Shown here piece by piece: positions 1-9,045 of a stretch of 64,000 nucleotides of DNA. This DNA is from an uncultured Armatimonadetes bacterium. Its GTDB lineage: Bacteria > Armatimonadota > Hebobacteria > Hebobacterales > Hebobacteraceae. Position 1 is the first letter of the stretch. Each line of letters opens with the position of its first letter. Position numbers and translations under genes: made by a program. The notes beneath the pieces are model-generated. The model saw only the letters and a program-made list of their open reading frames with translations. It was not told where the DNA came from and ran no database searches. Where the stretch lies: positions 3,360,001-3,424,000 of the forward strand of contig OY970296.1 of the NCBI GenBank assembly GCA_963716175.1, written 5' to 3'.

Positions 1-1971
1 CAGGCGTCGGCCGCGGGCACGGGCGGGCCTGCTCTCCAGCAGGTGGCGGCGGTGAACGGAGACTTCTTCGCCATGGCGGGGGGCGCGTATACCACTATCC
101 CGCTTGGCTTGCAGGTGGAGAACGGCGAGCTGGTGACGCTGCCGAACCCCGACCGCTCGGTTTTCTACCTGCTGGCCGACGGCAGCGCTCATATCGGCCG
201 GGTGAGGGCGAGCGTCTGGCTGCGGGGGCCGGGAGGCCTGCTGTACCCGGTTGCCGGGGTCAACAGGCCCCCCGAGCACGGGGAGCTAGTGCTGTTCACG
301 CCCCGGTTCGGGAAGGAGACGCGCGCCTACGACTCGGTGGCGCAGCTCACGCTCACCGGGCTTTCAGGGCCGGTCAAGCCCAAGGGCGAGGTCTCGGGCA
401 CCATCGCCAACGCCGCCGTGGGCGCGACCCAGCCCATCCCGTCGGACGGCCTGGTGCTAGCGGCCAACGGCGTTGCCGCCTATGCGCTGCGCCGCCTGCA
501 GGCGCGGGATCAAGTGCGGATCTCGGTGGAGATGACCCCCGATGTGGGAGAGATCCGGATGGCCGTGGGGGGAGGACCGCGCCTGGTGCGAGACGGTCAG
601 ATCGCGGTGGAGCATCGGGCCGAGAGGTTCCACGACAGCTTCGCCACCCGGCGCCACCCGCGCACCGGGGTGGGGGTGCGCGAGGGTGTCATGATGATGG
701 TGACGGTGGATGGGCGCCAGCCTGGCTACAGCGACGGGATGACGCTGCGGGAGTTCGCGCAGCTCTTCGTGGACCTGGGGTGCAAGGAGGCGATGAACCT
801 CGACGGCGGTGGCTCGTCCACCATGGTGGTGCGCAGCCAGGTGGTCAACTCCCCCTCCGATGGGGCCGAGCGCAGAGTAGCCAACGCGCTCGCCCTCTTC
901 CTCACTGTCCCGCCCACTGGCAAGCCGGTGCGGCTGGCGATCGAGCCCGCGGAGGCGAGCGTGCTGTGCCAGGAGAAGCTGCCACTGGTGGCGCGGGGCC
1001 TGGACGAGTACTACAACCCGGTTCCGGTGGAGGCCAGCGCGGTGCGATGGGAGACCGGTGGGATGGGTCGCATGGACGAGCAGGGGAACTTCATCCCGGC
1101 CCCGGTGTCGGCGCCGACCGCAGGCTTGATCACGGCCCGCTACCAGGGCATGGTGGCCTCGAGCGTGGTGTGCGTGGTCCCGGCCCCGACCCGGCTGACC
1201 ATCACCCCGAATCGCGTGACGGTGGCGGCCAAGGGCAGGCAGCAGTTCGTGGCGCGAGCCTTCGACCAGGACAGCCGCCCCATTCGCCTGGTGCCCGGTC
1301 AAGTGATGTGGAGCTGCGAGCCGGCGGCCGCTGACGCGAAGATTGACAGCAGGGGCCTGCTGGTGGCGCCGGCGCGGGAGGCCGCGCTCCGGGTGGTGGC
1401 GCAGGTGGGGGAGGTGAGAGGGGAAGCGGAGGTTCTGGTCGGGGTGGTGACGACGGTGCTGGCGGATTTCGAGCAGCCCGGGAGCTGGTCGTACGCCAGC
1501 ACGCCCGCGGGACTGCCCGGCGGCGTGGCCGTGACAGAGGATCCGCTGAAGAAGGGCAACAAGTGCCTGCAGCTCAAGTACGATTTCTCCCAGGGGCCGG
1601 ATACGCGCATTGCGGAGGCGGTGCTCAACTTGGGGCTGGGCGAGACCAGGACCATCTCGGTGCGCGCCGTGGGGGATGGCCAGGGAGGATGGCTGCGGGC
1701 GCGGGTGCGGGATGCGGCCGAGCGCCGGTTCATCGTTGACCTGGCGCCGAGGGTGGACTGGTCGGGGCAGTGGCGCCGGCTCACCGGCTGGCTGCCCGAG
1801 GAGTCGGAGGCCCCGTTGACCCTGGAGACGATCTACCTCACTGAGTACCACGCGGACCGCAGGCCGGTGGGAACGGTCTACCTCGACGATATCGGCGCAG
1901 AGTCACTGCCGAGCACGAGCCAGAACCCGGCGCACAAGGACGCGGCCGGGCCGAAGGCGAAAGGCAGCTAA
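1..1971 (+). CDS. Phosphodiester glycosidase (NAGPA/DUF2233-like) protein with Ig-like and carbohydrate-binding-like C-terminal domains; 5' end outside the window
   Basis: Frame is open from base 1. Motifs AAVNGDFF, RHPRTGVG, VTVDGRQ and AMNLDGGGSS are typical of the family. Confidence 0.85.
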   Translation, partial: QASAAGTGGPALQQVAAVNGDFFAMAGGAYTTIPLGLQVENGELVTLPNPDRSVFYLLADGSAHIGRVRASVWLRGPGGLLYPVAGVNRPPEHGELVLFTPRFGKETRAYDSVAQLTLTGLSGPVKPKGEVSGTIANAAVGATQPIPSDGLVLAANGVAAYALRRLQARDQVRISVEMTPDVGEIRMAVGGGPRLVRDGQIAVEHRAERFHDSFATRRHPRTGVGVREGVMMMVTVDGRQPGYSDGMTLREFAQLFVDLGCKEAMNLDGGGSSTMVVRSQVVNSPSDGAERRVANALALFLTVPPTGKPVRLAIEPAEASVLCQEKLPLVARGLDEYYNPVPVEASAVRWETGGMGRMDEQGNFIPAPVSAPTAGLITARYQGMVASSVVCVVPAPTRLTITPNRVTVAAKGRQQFVARAFDQDSRPIRLVPGQVMWSCEPAAADAKIDSRGLLVAPAREAALRVVAQVGEVRGEAEVLVGVVTTVLADFEQPGSWSYASTPAGLPGGVAVTEDPLKKGNKCLQLKYDFSQGPDTRIAEAVLNLGLGETRTISVRAVGDGQGGWLRARVRDAAERRFIVDLAPRVDWSGQWRRLTGWLPEESEAPLTLETIYLTEYHADRRPVGTVYLDDIGAESLPSTSQNPAHKDAAGPKAKGS

Positions 1972-2015
1972 CTCCCCCGACACCGGGTGAGGCCGCCGTG
2001 GGAAAGGGGGCGAGC

Positions 2016-2699
2016 ATGCCCGAGTTGCCAACCTACGTCTGTCGCCGGACGCCGGACCCGATCAAGATTGACGGCGTGTTGGACGAGTCGGTCTGGTCGC
2101 GGGCGGCCTCGGTGGGGGACTTCAGACTGGCCAACGGGCAGGGCGAGCCCAGCCTCCCCACCGAGCTGAAGCTGTGCTGGGATGATGCGAACCTGTATCT
2201 CGCCTTCGTCGCCATTGACACCGACATCTGGGGCACGATGAGGAAGCGAGACGATCCCCTCTACGAGGAGGAGGTGGTGGAGGCGTTCCTCTCCACCGGG
2301 GGCATCCTCAGCCAGTACTATGAGTTCGAATGGAGCCCCCACAACGTGATCTTCGATGCCAGGATCGAGTGCCCGGAGTCCGGCGACCGCAGCCAGATGA
2401 TCGCGGACACGTCGTGGGATTGCGAGGGGTGCCAGTCGGCGGTGCGGGTGGTGGGAACCCTCGACCGGCGAGACGATCTGGATCAGCAGTGGACGGTGGA
2501 AGCGGCGCTGCCGTTTTCGCAGATCGGGCGCGGCGGAAGACCGCCGGCGGAGGGAGAGGTGTGGCGGGCGAACTTCTTCCGGATTGACCGCGCGGGCGGG
2601 GGCGAGTTCAGCTGCTGGTCTCCCACTCTGGCCAGGCCCGCGAACTTCCACGTCCCGGCGCGGTTCGGGAGGCTCGTCTTCTCGCAAGAGAACTGGTAG
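2016..2699 (+). CDS. Carbohydrate-binding family 9-like (CBM9-like) protein
   Basis: PIKIDGVLDESVW, WDDANLYLAF, VEAFL, YYEFE and WRANFFR motifs; AAAGGGGG RBS before ATG 2016. Confidence 0.8.
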   Translation: MPELPTYVCRRTPDPIKIDGVLDESVWSRAASVGDFRLANGQGEPSLPTELKLCWDDANLYLAFVAIDTDIWGTMRKRDDPLYEEEVVEAFLSTGGILSQYYEFEWSPHNVIFDARIECPESGDRSQMIADTSWDCEGCQSAVRVVGTLDRRDDLDQQWTVEAALPFSQIGRGGRPPAEGEVWRANFFRIDRAGGGEFSCWSPTLARPANFHVPARFGRLVFSQENW

Positions 2700-2708
2700 G
2701 TCGCGGGT

Positions 2709-2733
2709 TGGGCAGGAGCTGGGCTCCTGCCCA
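2709..2733. repeat. Perfect 11-bp palindrome TGGGCAGGAGC-tgg-GCTCCTGCCCA (terminator-like or repeat); half-sites recur near 6633 and 8223
   Basis: Read directly from the sequence. Confidence 0.6.
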
Positions 2734-2763
2734 GTGAGCTGTAGCGGGGGCGGAGGGGAAGAG

Positions 2764-4095
2764 ATGAAATGGCTGAAGGCGAAGGTCTGGCTGGCGCTGG
2801 TGATGGTTGCTGCCGCCGGGCCGGCGGTGGCAGGGGTGGAAATGGTATCACCCCGGGAGGGGGCGGAGCTGAGCGGGCAGGTGGAGGTGACGGCCCGGGT
2901 GGTGGCGCCGAAGGGGGAGCGGCTGGAGCGAGTTGTGGTGCAGGGGCAGACCGGGGAGCAGGTTAGGCTCGCACCCACGCGGCCTGATACCTATTCGGCG
3001 ACGCTCGACACCAGCAAGCTGCCGAACGGAAGGCAGCCGCTGCTGGTGATCGCCTCCGTGAAAGGGGCCGACGTCTCCAGCGCCAGGCCTGCGGAGAATG
3101 CCTGGGAGAGCCAGAAGCGCACTTTCATGGCCGAAGTAACGGTCGTGGTGCGCAATCCCTATGGTTTCTTCTGGGGCGACCTCCACGCCCACACCAGCTA
3201 CTCCGATGGCAGCTTGCTCCCCGCCGATGCCTACGAGTACGCGCGGGACAGAGCCAGGATTGACTTCTTCGCGGTCACTGACCACAGCCAGCAACTCACC
3301 TTCGACGAGTACGCGGACGTGATCGCACAGGCCGATCGCTTCGATCAACCGGGGCGATTTGTGGCCCTCTACGGCGTCGAGTCCACAGAAGAGACAGGCC
3401 ATCTCTGCTTCTATCTCTCCCCCACACCGCGCTTGCCCTCCGGGCGGGATGAGATCTACCAGGTGCTGGGGAGGATGCACCTGTTGGGGCACTTCAACCA
3501 TCCCAGCATGACCGCCAACCCGAAGCAAGACTGGAAGGATGACTTCGAGGGGTTCCACTACGCCCCCACGGCCGACCAGTCCATGGCCCTGGTGGAGGTG
3601 CGGAACCTGGCCGAGGAGGCGGCCTATATCGCGATGCTGAACGCGGGCTGGCACGTGGGCGCGGCTGGATGCGAGGATCACCACGAGGCGAAGTGGGGAA
3701 GCGGCCCCACCTGGACCGTGGTCCTGGCGCGAGAGCTGACGCGAGAGGCCATCCTCGACGCGCTCTGGTCGCGGCGGGCCTACAGCGCTGCCGACCGCAA
3801 TCTCCGGCTCACCTTCACGCTGGACGGCGAGGACATGGGCGCGCAGGTGGCGCGGCGGGCGGGGAGGGTGGACTGCGTCGTGATTGCGGAGGACCCGGAT
3901 GCCGGCGATGCCATTGACAGCATTGATCTCTTCCTGGATGGCCGATTGGTCGAAACGGTCCGCCCGAAGCTGCGGAAGTACGCCTGGGCAGTGCCGGTGA
4001 GCCTGACCGCGGGGCGGCATTACTGCTTCGTCCGGGTCACACAGGCCGGGGGACGGATGAGCTGGTCGAGCCCGGTGTGGGTGAGCGCACATTGA
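2764..4095 (+). CDS. Secreted PHP-domain metallohydrolase (CehA/McbA-like) with N-terminal Ig-like domain
   Basis: Signal peptide MKWLKAKVWLALVMVAAAGPAVA; WGDLHAHTSYSDG, VTDHS, FNHP and EDHH motifs. Confidence 0.8.
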   Translation: MKWLKAKVWLALVMVAAAGPAVAGVEMVSPREGAELSGQVEVTARVVAPKGERLERVVVQGQTGEQVRLAPTRPDTYSATLDTSKLPNGRQPLLVIASVKGADVSSARPAENAWESQKRTFMAEVTVVVRNPYGFFWGDLHAHTSYSDGSLLPADAYEYARDRARIDFFAVTDHSQQLTFDEYADVIAQADRFDQPGRFVALYGVESTEETGHLCFYLSPTPRLPSGRDEIYQVLGRMHLLGHFNHPSMTANPKQDWKDDFEGFHYAPTADQSMALVEVRNLAEEAAYIAMLNAGWHVGAAGCEDHHEAKWGSGPTWTVVLARELTREAILDALWSRRAYSAADRNLRLTFTLDGEDMGAQVARRAGRVDCVVIAEDPDAGDAIDSIDLFLDGRLVETVRPKLRKYAWAVPVSLTAGRHYCFVRVTQAGGRMSWSSPVWVSAH

Positions 4096-4105
4096 ATGGG
4101 AACAA

Positions 4106-4681
4106 TCACCAGTCGGGGCCTTGCAGGTCCACCTCTTGTGCCACGAAGCGCTCGCCGGACAGCCCGCCACACGGCCGGCGGGCAAGCTCAGTCACCATGG
4201 TGATGTTCTCATCTATGATGGGGGCCGGCTGGCCTGTCTCGTCGCGCATGGTGACACGGGCTTCGATCCTGAACCAGTCGAGGGAGTGATAGAAGCGCTC
4301 CAGCCCGGGCACGCAGAAGAGCATCCCGAACCGTATCTTCCTCCTCGCCGCTTCCGCGGCCGCTTCCCGCATGAGCTGGCGAGAGAGGCCCTTTCCCCGC
4401 AGCCGCGGCGTCACGGCCAGATTCTGCACCCCCGCGATCATCACGGGCCGGCCGTCACATCGGATCTCGCGCAGCACCACGCCGACATGTCCCAGGACCC
4501 GATCCCCCTCCTGGTAGCAGAAGCTGTAGGCCGGCACCGAACCGTGCCAGTACCGGCTGCGCGACAGGGGTTCGACCAGGTCGGGGTGGCATTCGCAGAG
4601 GAGGGCGCGAATGGCAGCATCGAGCGCGGGCGTCATTTGCCGCTCGTCCACAAAGGTCAGATCATACTGCTCCGCGGGCAC
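4106..4681 (-). CDS. GNAT family N-acetyltransferase
   Basis: Acetyl-CoA motif LAVTPRLRGKGLSRQLM and ERFYHSLDW; GTG start at 4681 after GAAAGG. Confidence 0.75.
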   Translation of the reverse strand: MPAEQYDLTFVDERQMTPALDAAIRALLCECHPDLVEPLSRSRYWHGSVPAYSFCYQEGDRVLGHVGVVLREIRCDGRPVMIAGVQNLAVTPRLRGKGLSRQLMREAAAEAARRKIRFGMLFCVPGLERFYHSLDWFRIEARVTMRDETGQPAPIIDENITMVTELARRPCGGLSGERFVAQEVDLQGPDW

Positions 4682-4845
4682 AGTTGGCCTTTCACTGGCG
4701 TCGCCGGCAGGATTCTGCGCCTTCGGGCCGGCCTCCTGGCAGCGGGAGGAGCGTGCCTCAACTGCCGATGGCCGCAGTTGGCGGCAGGCATAGGCCGGCG
4801 GAGGCGGCGAAACTAGCCCCGGACTGAGATGCAAGGAGGCAGGCG

Positions 4846-6582
4846 ATGAGGCCGCTTCGGATTGCGCTGGCCCAGATCAACGTCACCGTAGGCGATGTAG
4901 AGGGAAACGTCGGGCGGATCGTGGCCGCCACCACAGAGGCGGAGGCGCTGGGTGCCGACATTGTGGCCCTGCCCGAGCTGGCGGTCACGGGCTATCCGCC
5001 CGAGGACCTGCTGCTCAAGCCGGAGTTCATCGCAGCCAACTGGCGGGCGCTGGAGGCGATCGCGGCCAAGGCGCAGTCGGCGGTAGCGATCTGCGGCTTC
5101 GCCCACCGGGAGGACGACCTTTTCAACGCGGCCGCGCTGCTGCACGGGGGGCGGATCGCGGCAATCTACCACAAGAACTTCCTGCCCAGCTACAGTGTGT
5201 TCGATGAAGACCGGTATTTCCGCGCGGGCCAGGGGCGGCCCGTGTTCGAGATCGCGGGAGGGGTGGTGGGCATCAGCATCTGTGAGGATATCTGGTATGC
5301 CGACGGCCCGCCCATCACCCAGGCGCTGGATGGCGGGGCCGAGTTGCTGGTGAACATCTCCTCCTCTCCCTACTGCGTGGGGCGATTCGAATCGCGGCGC
5401 CGCATGCTGGCCACGCGGGCGGCCGACACCTGCGCGTTCGTGGCCTACGTCAACCTGGTAGGAGGACAGGATGAGTTAGTGTTCGACGGGCAGAGCCTGG
5501 TGCTGGCGCCGGATGGAGAGGTGATAGCGCGAGGACCGGCTTTCGAGGAGGCGCTGGTGGTGGCCGATATTGACCTGGAGGCGGCCTTCCGCCAGCGCTT
5601 GCATGACCCGCGGCGCCGGAAGTATGCACGCCGGCGCGATGTGCCTCGCATCCAGGTCTCCGGCGCACCTCGCGGGGACAAGCCGGGGCAGGGCCCGCCG
5701 GTGATGGCGGCGCCGCTGTCGCCGGAGGAGGAGGTCTACCGCGCGCTTGTGCTCGGAACCCGCGACTATGTGCGAAAGAACGGGTTCGAGAAGGTGGTGA
5801 TCGGCTTGAGCGGCGGGATAGACTCATCACTGGTGGCCGCCATCGCGGTGGACGCGCTGGGGGCTGCGAATGTGGTGGGGGTGGCTATGCCGTCACGCTA
5901 CTCCTCACCGGGCAGCCAGACTGATGCCGCCGCGGTGGCCAAGAACCTGGGGATAGACCTGCGCATCGTCCCGATCGAGCCGGTCTTCGCTTCCTATCAG
6001 AAGCTGTTGGCCGGCGAGACCCAGGGCGGCGCCGGGATCGTGGAGGAGAATCTGCAAGCGCGCATCAGAGGCAACATCCTGATGGCGATGTCGAACGCGC
6101 ACGGCTGGCTGGTGCTGACCACGGGGAATAAGAGCGAGATGTCCACCGGCTATTGCACACTCTACGGCGACATGGCCGGCGGGTTCGCGGTGATCCGGGA
6201 TGTGCCCAAGACCCTGGTCTACCGGTTGGCGGCCTACCGGAGTCAGGCGGCGAAGCGAGAGCTGATCCCGCGAAGCGTGATGGAGAAGCCGCCCTCGGCC
6301 GAGCTGAAGCCGGATCAGAAAGATACCGATAGCCTGCCGACATACGAAGTGCTGGATCCGATACTCCAGGCCTATGTGGAGGAGGACCGGCCGGTGGCCG
6401 AGATTGTGGCGATGGGCAATGAGATCAGCGCGGTGGCGAAAGCGACCTGGCTGGTGGATCACAGCGAGTACAAGCGGCGGCAGGCCCCGCCCGGGGTGAG
6501 GATCACTCCCCGCGCGCTGGGGCGGGACCGCCGGCTGCCGATCACTAATCGCTTTCGCGGCCGGCCGGTGGAGGGACAGTGA
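4846..6582 (+). CDS. nadE: Glutamine-dependent NAD+ synthetase
   Basis: Nitrilase domain (PELAVTGYPPEDL, ICEDIW) fused to a synthetase domain (GLSGGIDS, ENLQARIRG, TGNKSE, PPSAEL). Confidence 0.96.
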   Translation: MRPLRIALAQINVTVGDVEGNVGRIVAATTEAEALGADIVALPELAVTGYPPEDLLLKPEFIAANWRALEAIAAKAQSAVAICGFAHREDDLFNAAALLHGGRIAAIYHKNFLPSYSVFDEDRYFRAGQGRPVFEIAGGVVGISICEDIWYADGPPITQALDGGAELLVNISSSPYCVGRFESRRRMLATRAADTCAFVAYVNLVGGQDELVFDGQSLVLAPDGEVIARGPAFEEALVVADIDLEAAFRQRLHDPRRRKYARRRDVPRIQVSGAPRGDKPGQGPPVMAAPLSPEEEVYRALVLGTRDYVRKNGFEKVVIGLSGGIDSSLVAAIAVDALGAANVVGVAMPSRYSSPGSQTDAAAVAKNLGIDLRIVPIEPVFASYQKLLAGETQGGAGIVEENLQARIRGNILMAMSNAHGWLVLTTGNKSEMSTGYCTLYGDMAGGFAVIRDVPKTLVYRLAAYRSQAAKRELIPRSVMEKPPSAELKPDQKDTDSLPTYEVLDPILQAYVEEDRPVAEIVAMGNEISAVAKATWLVDHSEYKRRQAPPGVRITPRALGRDRRLPITNRFRGRPVEGQ

Positions 6583-6667
6583 AGAGAGCGACACGCGATG
6601 GGGCAGCGGACACGCTCGCCGGAGACGGGCAAGCTCCTGCCCTCCGAACGGCGAACTGCCTTACGGA

Positions 6668-6697
6668 ACCGCAGATGAACGCAGATTGACGCCGATT
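6668..6697. repeat. Degenerate 10-mer tandem repeat (ACCGCAGATG/AACGCAGATT/GACGCCGATT)
   Basis: Three units. Related arrays at 8115-8144 and 49382-49456. Confidence 0.65.
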
Positions 6698-6745
6698 ATC
6701 CACTGGCAGAGGCTTGCCCCTGTCCAACGGAGGAGGCCGCGGCGA

Positions 6746-8089
6746 ATGGCATATAACATCACCCTGCTTGGCGCGGGCAGCAGCTTCTTCACTCCCGGAC
6801 TGATGCGGCTGCTGGCCGGATCGCGAGTGCTGCGGGGCAGCACTGTCACCTTGATGGACATTGACCCACACCGGCTGGAGGTGATGGACAAGCTGTGTCG
6901 GCAGGTCGTGAAGATGGCCGGGGTGGAGCTGGACATCAGGAGCACGACGGATCGGCGGCAGTCCCTGACCGGGGCGGATTTCGTCATCACCTCGATTGCG
7001 GTGGGGGGCTTCGAGGCCTGGGAACACGACATCGAGATCCCGGGCAAGTACGGGATCTACATGACCACCGCTGACTCTATCGGGCCTGGTGGGATGATGC
7101 GCGCGCTCCGGCATATCCCGCCTCTGGTCGAGATGTGCCGGGAGCTGGAGGAAGTCTCGCCGGCGGCCTGGGTCTTCAACTACACCAATCCCGCGACCGC
7201 GAACGCGATGGCGATGAGGAGGTCGAGCCGGCTCAAAAAGGCAGCGGGCAACCGCCGCCCCCCTCGAGTGGTGAGCCTGTGCAGCGGCACCGTGCTGCCC
7301 CGGAAGGGCGGCTGGGGGATGGGCGGCCTGGGGCCGGAGGAGGTGATGCTGCCGGCGCCGGCGGGAGGGCTCAACCACTGCGCGGCAGTGCTCGAACTCA
7401 GGTTCGAGGATGGGCGCAACGCATTGCCCGCGGTGCGGGAACGGATAGATTCGCCCATCGCCCAGTGGGTGCTGGACACCTATGGCGTGCTTCCCTATCC
7501 CGCGAGTCATTGGGCCGAGTTCTTTCCCTCACTCTGCCGGCTGGAGGAGCCGTATCGGGGGCGACTGCAGGGGCTGAAGATGGCCTATGGGCTGCGGGTG
7601 CATGACATGCGCCACGACAGCGACCGGGTCAGGCAGTGGGAGCAATTGGCAGACCAGTGGGCCCGCGGCGAGGAAAGGGAGATCCCGCGTGAACTCGTTC
7701 CCGAATCGGAAGAGCTGGAAGTCGTGGAGATCATCGAGGCCCTGGTCGAGAATCGCAATGGGATCTATGTGGTGAATGTGCCGAACCAAGGAGCAATCCC
7801 GAATCTGCCAGCGGAGGCGGTGGTGGAGGTGTCGGCGGTGGTGGACGGCTACGGCATCCGGCCGGTGCGGGTGGGCCCGCTGCCGGAGCCGCTGGCCGCG
7901 GACTTGAGGCAGCACATCGCGGTGCAGGAGCTGACGGTGGAGGCGGCGCTGACGGGAGATCGCAAGGTAGCCCTGCAGGCATTCCTGACAGACCCACAGG
8001 TGGCGGCGAAGCTGACGCCGGGCGAAGCGGAGAGGTTGCTGGAGGAGATGCTGAAGGCGCACGCCGAGCACTTGCCGCAGTTTGGGTAA
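6746..8089 (+). CDS. Family 4 glycoside hydrolase (NAD+/Mn2+-dependent, alpha-galactosidase/glucosidase-like)
   Basis: ITLLGAGS, GADFVI, DSIGPGGMMRALR, NYTNP, GLNH and NVPNQGAIPNLP motifs; GGAGG RBS. Confidence 0.9.
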   Translation: MAYNITLLGAGSSFFTPGLMRLLAGSRVLRGSTVTLMDIDPHRLEVMDKLCRQVVKMAGVELDIRSTTDRRQSLTGADFVITSIAVGGFEAWEHDIEIPGKYGIYMTTADSIGPGGMMRALRHIPPLVEMCRELEEVSPAAWVFNYTNPATANAMAMRRSSRLKKAAGNRRPPRVVSLCSGTVLPRKGGWGMGGLGPEEVMLPAPAGGLNHCAAVLELRFEDGRNALPAVRERIDSPIAQWVLDTYGVLPYPASHWAEFFPSLCRLEEPYRGRLQGLKMAYGLRVHDMRHDSDRVRQWEQLADQWARGEEREIPRELVPESEELEVVEIIEALVENRNGIYVVNVPNQGAIPNLPAEAVVEVSAVVDGYGIRPVRVGPLPEPLAADLRQHIAVQELTVEAALTGDRKVALQAFLTDPQVAAKLTPGEAERLLEEMLKAHAEHLPQFG

Positions 8090-8096
8090 GGAGGGA

Positions 8097-8233
8097 CCCG
8101 CCGGAGGCGGGCAAGCCGCCGATGCACGCCGATGAACGGGGATAGGGGGCAGGAGGCAGGTGGCAGGTGGCTAAGCTCGCCCGGGGCGGGCCGCCACCCC
8201 GGGCGCCGGAGGCGAGCTAGGGGCTCCTGCCCA
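8097..8233. repeat. Composite intergenic repeat cluster: CCCGCCGGAGGCGGG palindrome, 10-mer array, AGGNGGC heptamer x4, GTGGCTAAG...CTAG hairpin
   Basis: CCCGCCGGAGGCGGGCAAG at 8097-8115 is identical to 49411-49429. Heptamers at 8144-8171. Confidence 0.65.
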
Positions 8234-8259
8234 ACACACTGAGCATTCCCGCGGTTCGT

Positions 8260-8288
8260 TTGACCCCCCTCCTGCCAGGTGTTAGAAT
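8260..8288 (+). promoter_or_regulatory. Sigma70-type promoter for the MNT-HEPN pair
   Basis: TTGACC-17 nt-TAGAAT with an extended -10 TG. Confidence 0.7.
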
Positions 8289-8331
8289 CGCGCTGGAACG
8301 CGGAGGCGCGACGGGAGTGCGGCAAACAGCT

Positions 8332-8653
8332 ATGACCGCGAACCTAAGGACAGTCCTATCGGAGCTGCGAGCGCGGCTGGAGCATGTCTACGGTCCCCGG
8401 CTGCTCAAGCTGGTGCTCTATGGCTCACAGGCGCGCGGCGACGCCGAGGAGGGCTCCGACATTGACGTGCTGGTGGTGCTCGAGGGTCCGGTACGCCCAG
8501 GCCAGGAGATTGCCCGTACAGGACCTGACGTAGCCGGAGTGTCGCTCGCCCACAACGTCGTGATCGCGTGCATGTTCGTGTCTGGGGAGCAATTCGAATC
8601 GGAGCAGAGCCCACTCCTGATTAACGCGTGCCGGGAGGGCGTTCCCGGCATGA
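8332..8653 (+). CDS. Minimal nucleotidyltransferase (MntA-type antitoxin); reads through into HEPN as written
   Basis: LYGSQARGDAEEGSDIDVLVV motif. Removing one C at 8644-8646 restores a TGA stop overlapping the next ATG (ATGA). Confidence 0.8.
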
Positions 8654-9045
8654 CCGAGCAGCAGAGCGCTTTGGTCGAGAAAGCAAAGGAGAGCTTGCAG
8701 GCAGCCCGCTTGCTGCACGAGCATGAGCAGTACAGTTTCGCGGCCTCTCGCGCCTACTACACGATGTTCTACTTGGCCGAGGCCATGCTGTTGGGCGACG
8801 GGCTGGCCTTCTCGAAACACAGCGCGGTGCACGCGGCGTTCGGAGAGCGCTATGCCAAGACGGGGCGTGTGCCCACTGGACTGCACCGTTACTTGATAGA
8901 GGGAATGGAGACACGCCACCTGGCCGATTACTCGACGACCCCGGTCGCCGCGGAGGAGGCGGCGCAGCAGATTGCGCGGGCAGAGGAATTCCTGGAGGTG
9001 GTGAGTCACTACTTGGGGTATCCGCAGCACAATGACCAGGCGTGA
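8650..9045 (+). CDS. HEPN domain protein (toxin of an MNT-HEPN pair)
   Basis: SRAYYTMFY, FSKHSAVHAAFG and RHLADY (Rx4Y-type HEPN motif). Confidence 0.85.
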   Translation: MTEQQSALVEKAKESLQAARLLHEHEQYSFAASRAYYTMFYLAEAMLLGDGLAFSKHSAVHAAFGERYAKTGRVPTGLHRYLIEGMETRHLADYSTTPVAAEEAAQQIARAEEFLEVVSHYLGYPQHNDQA

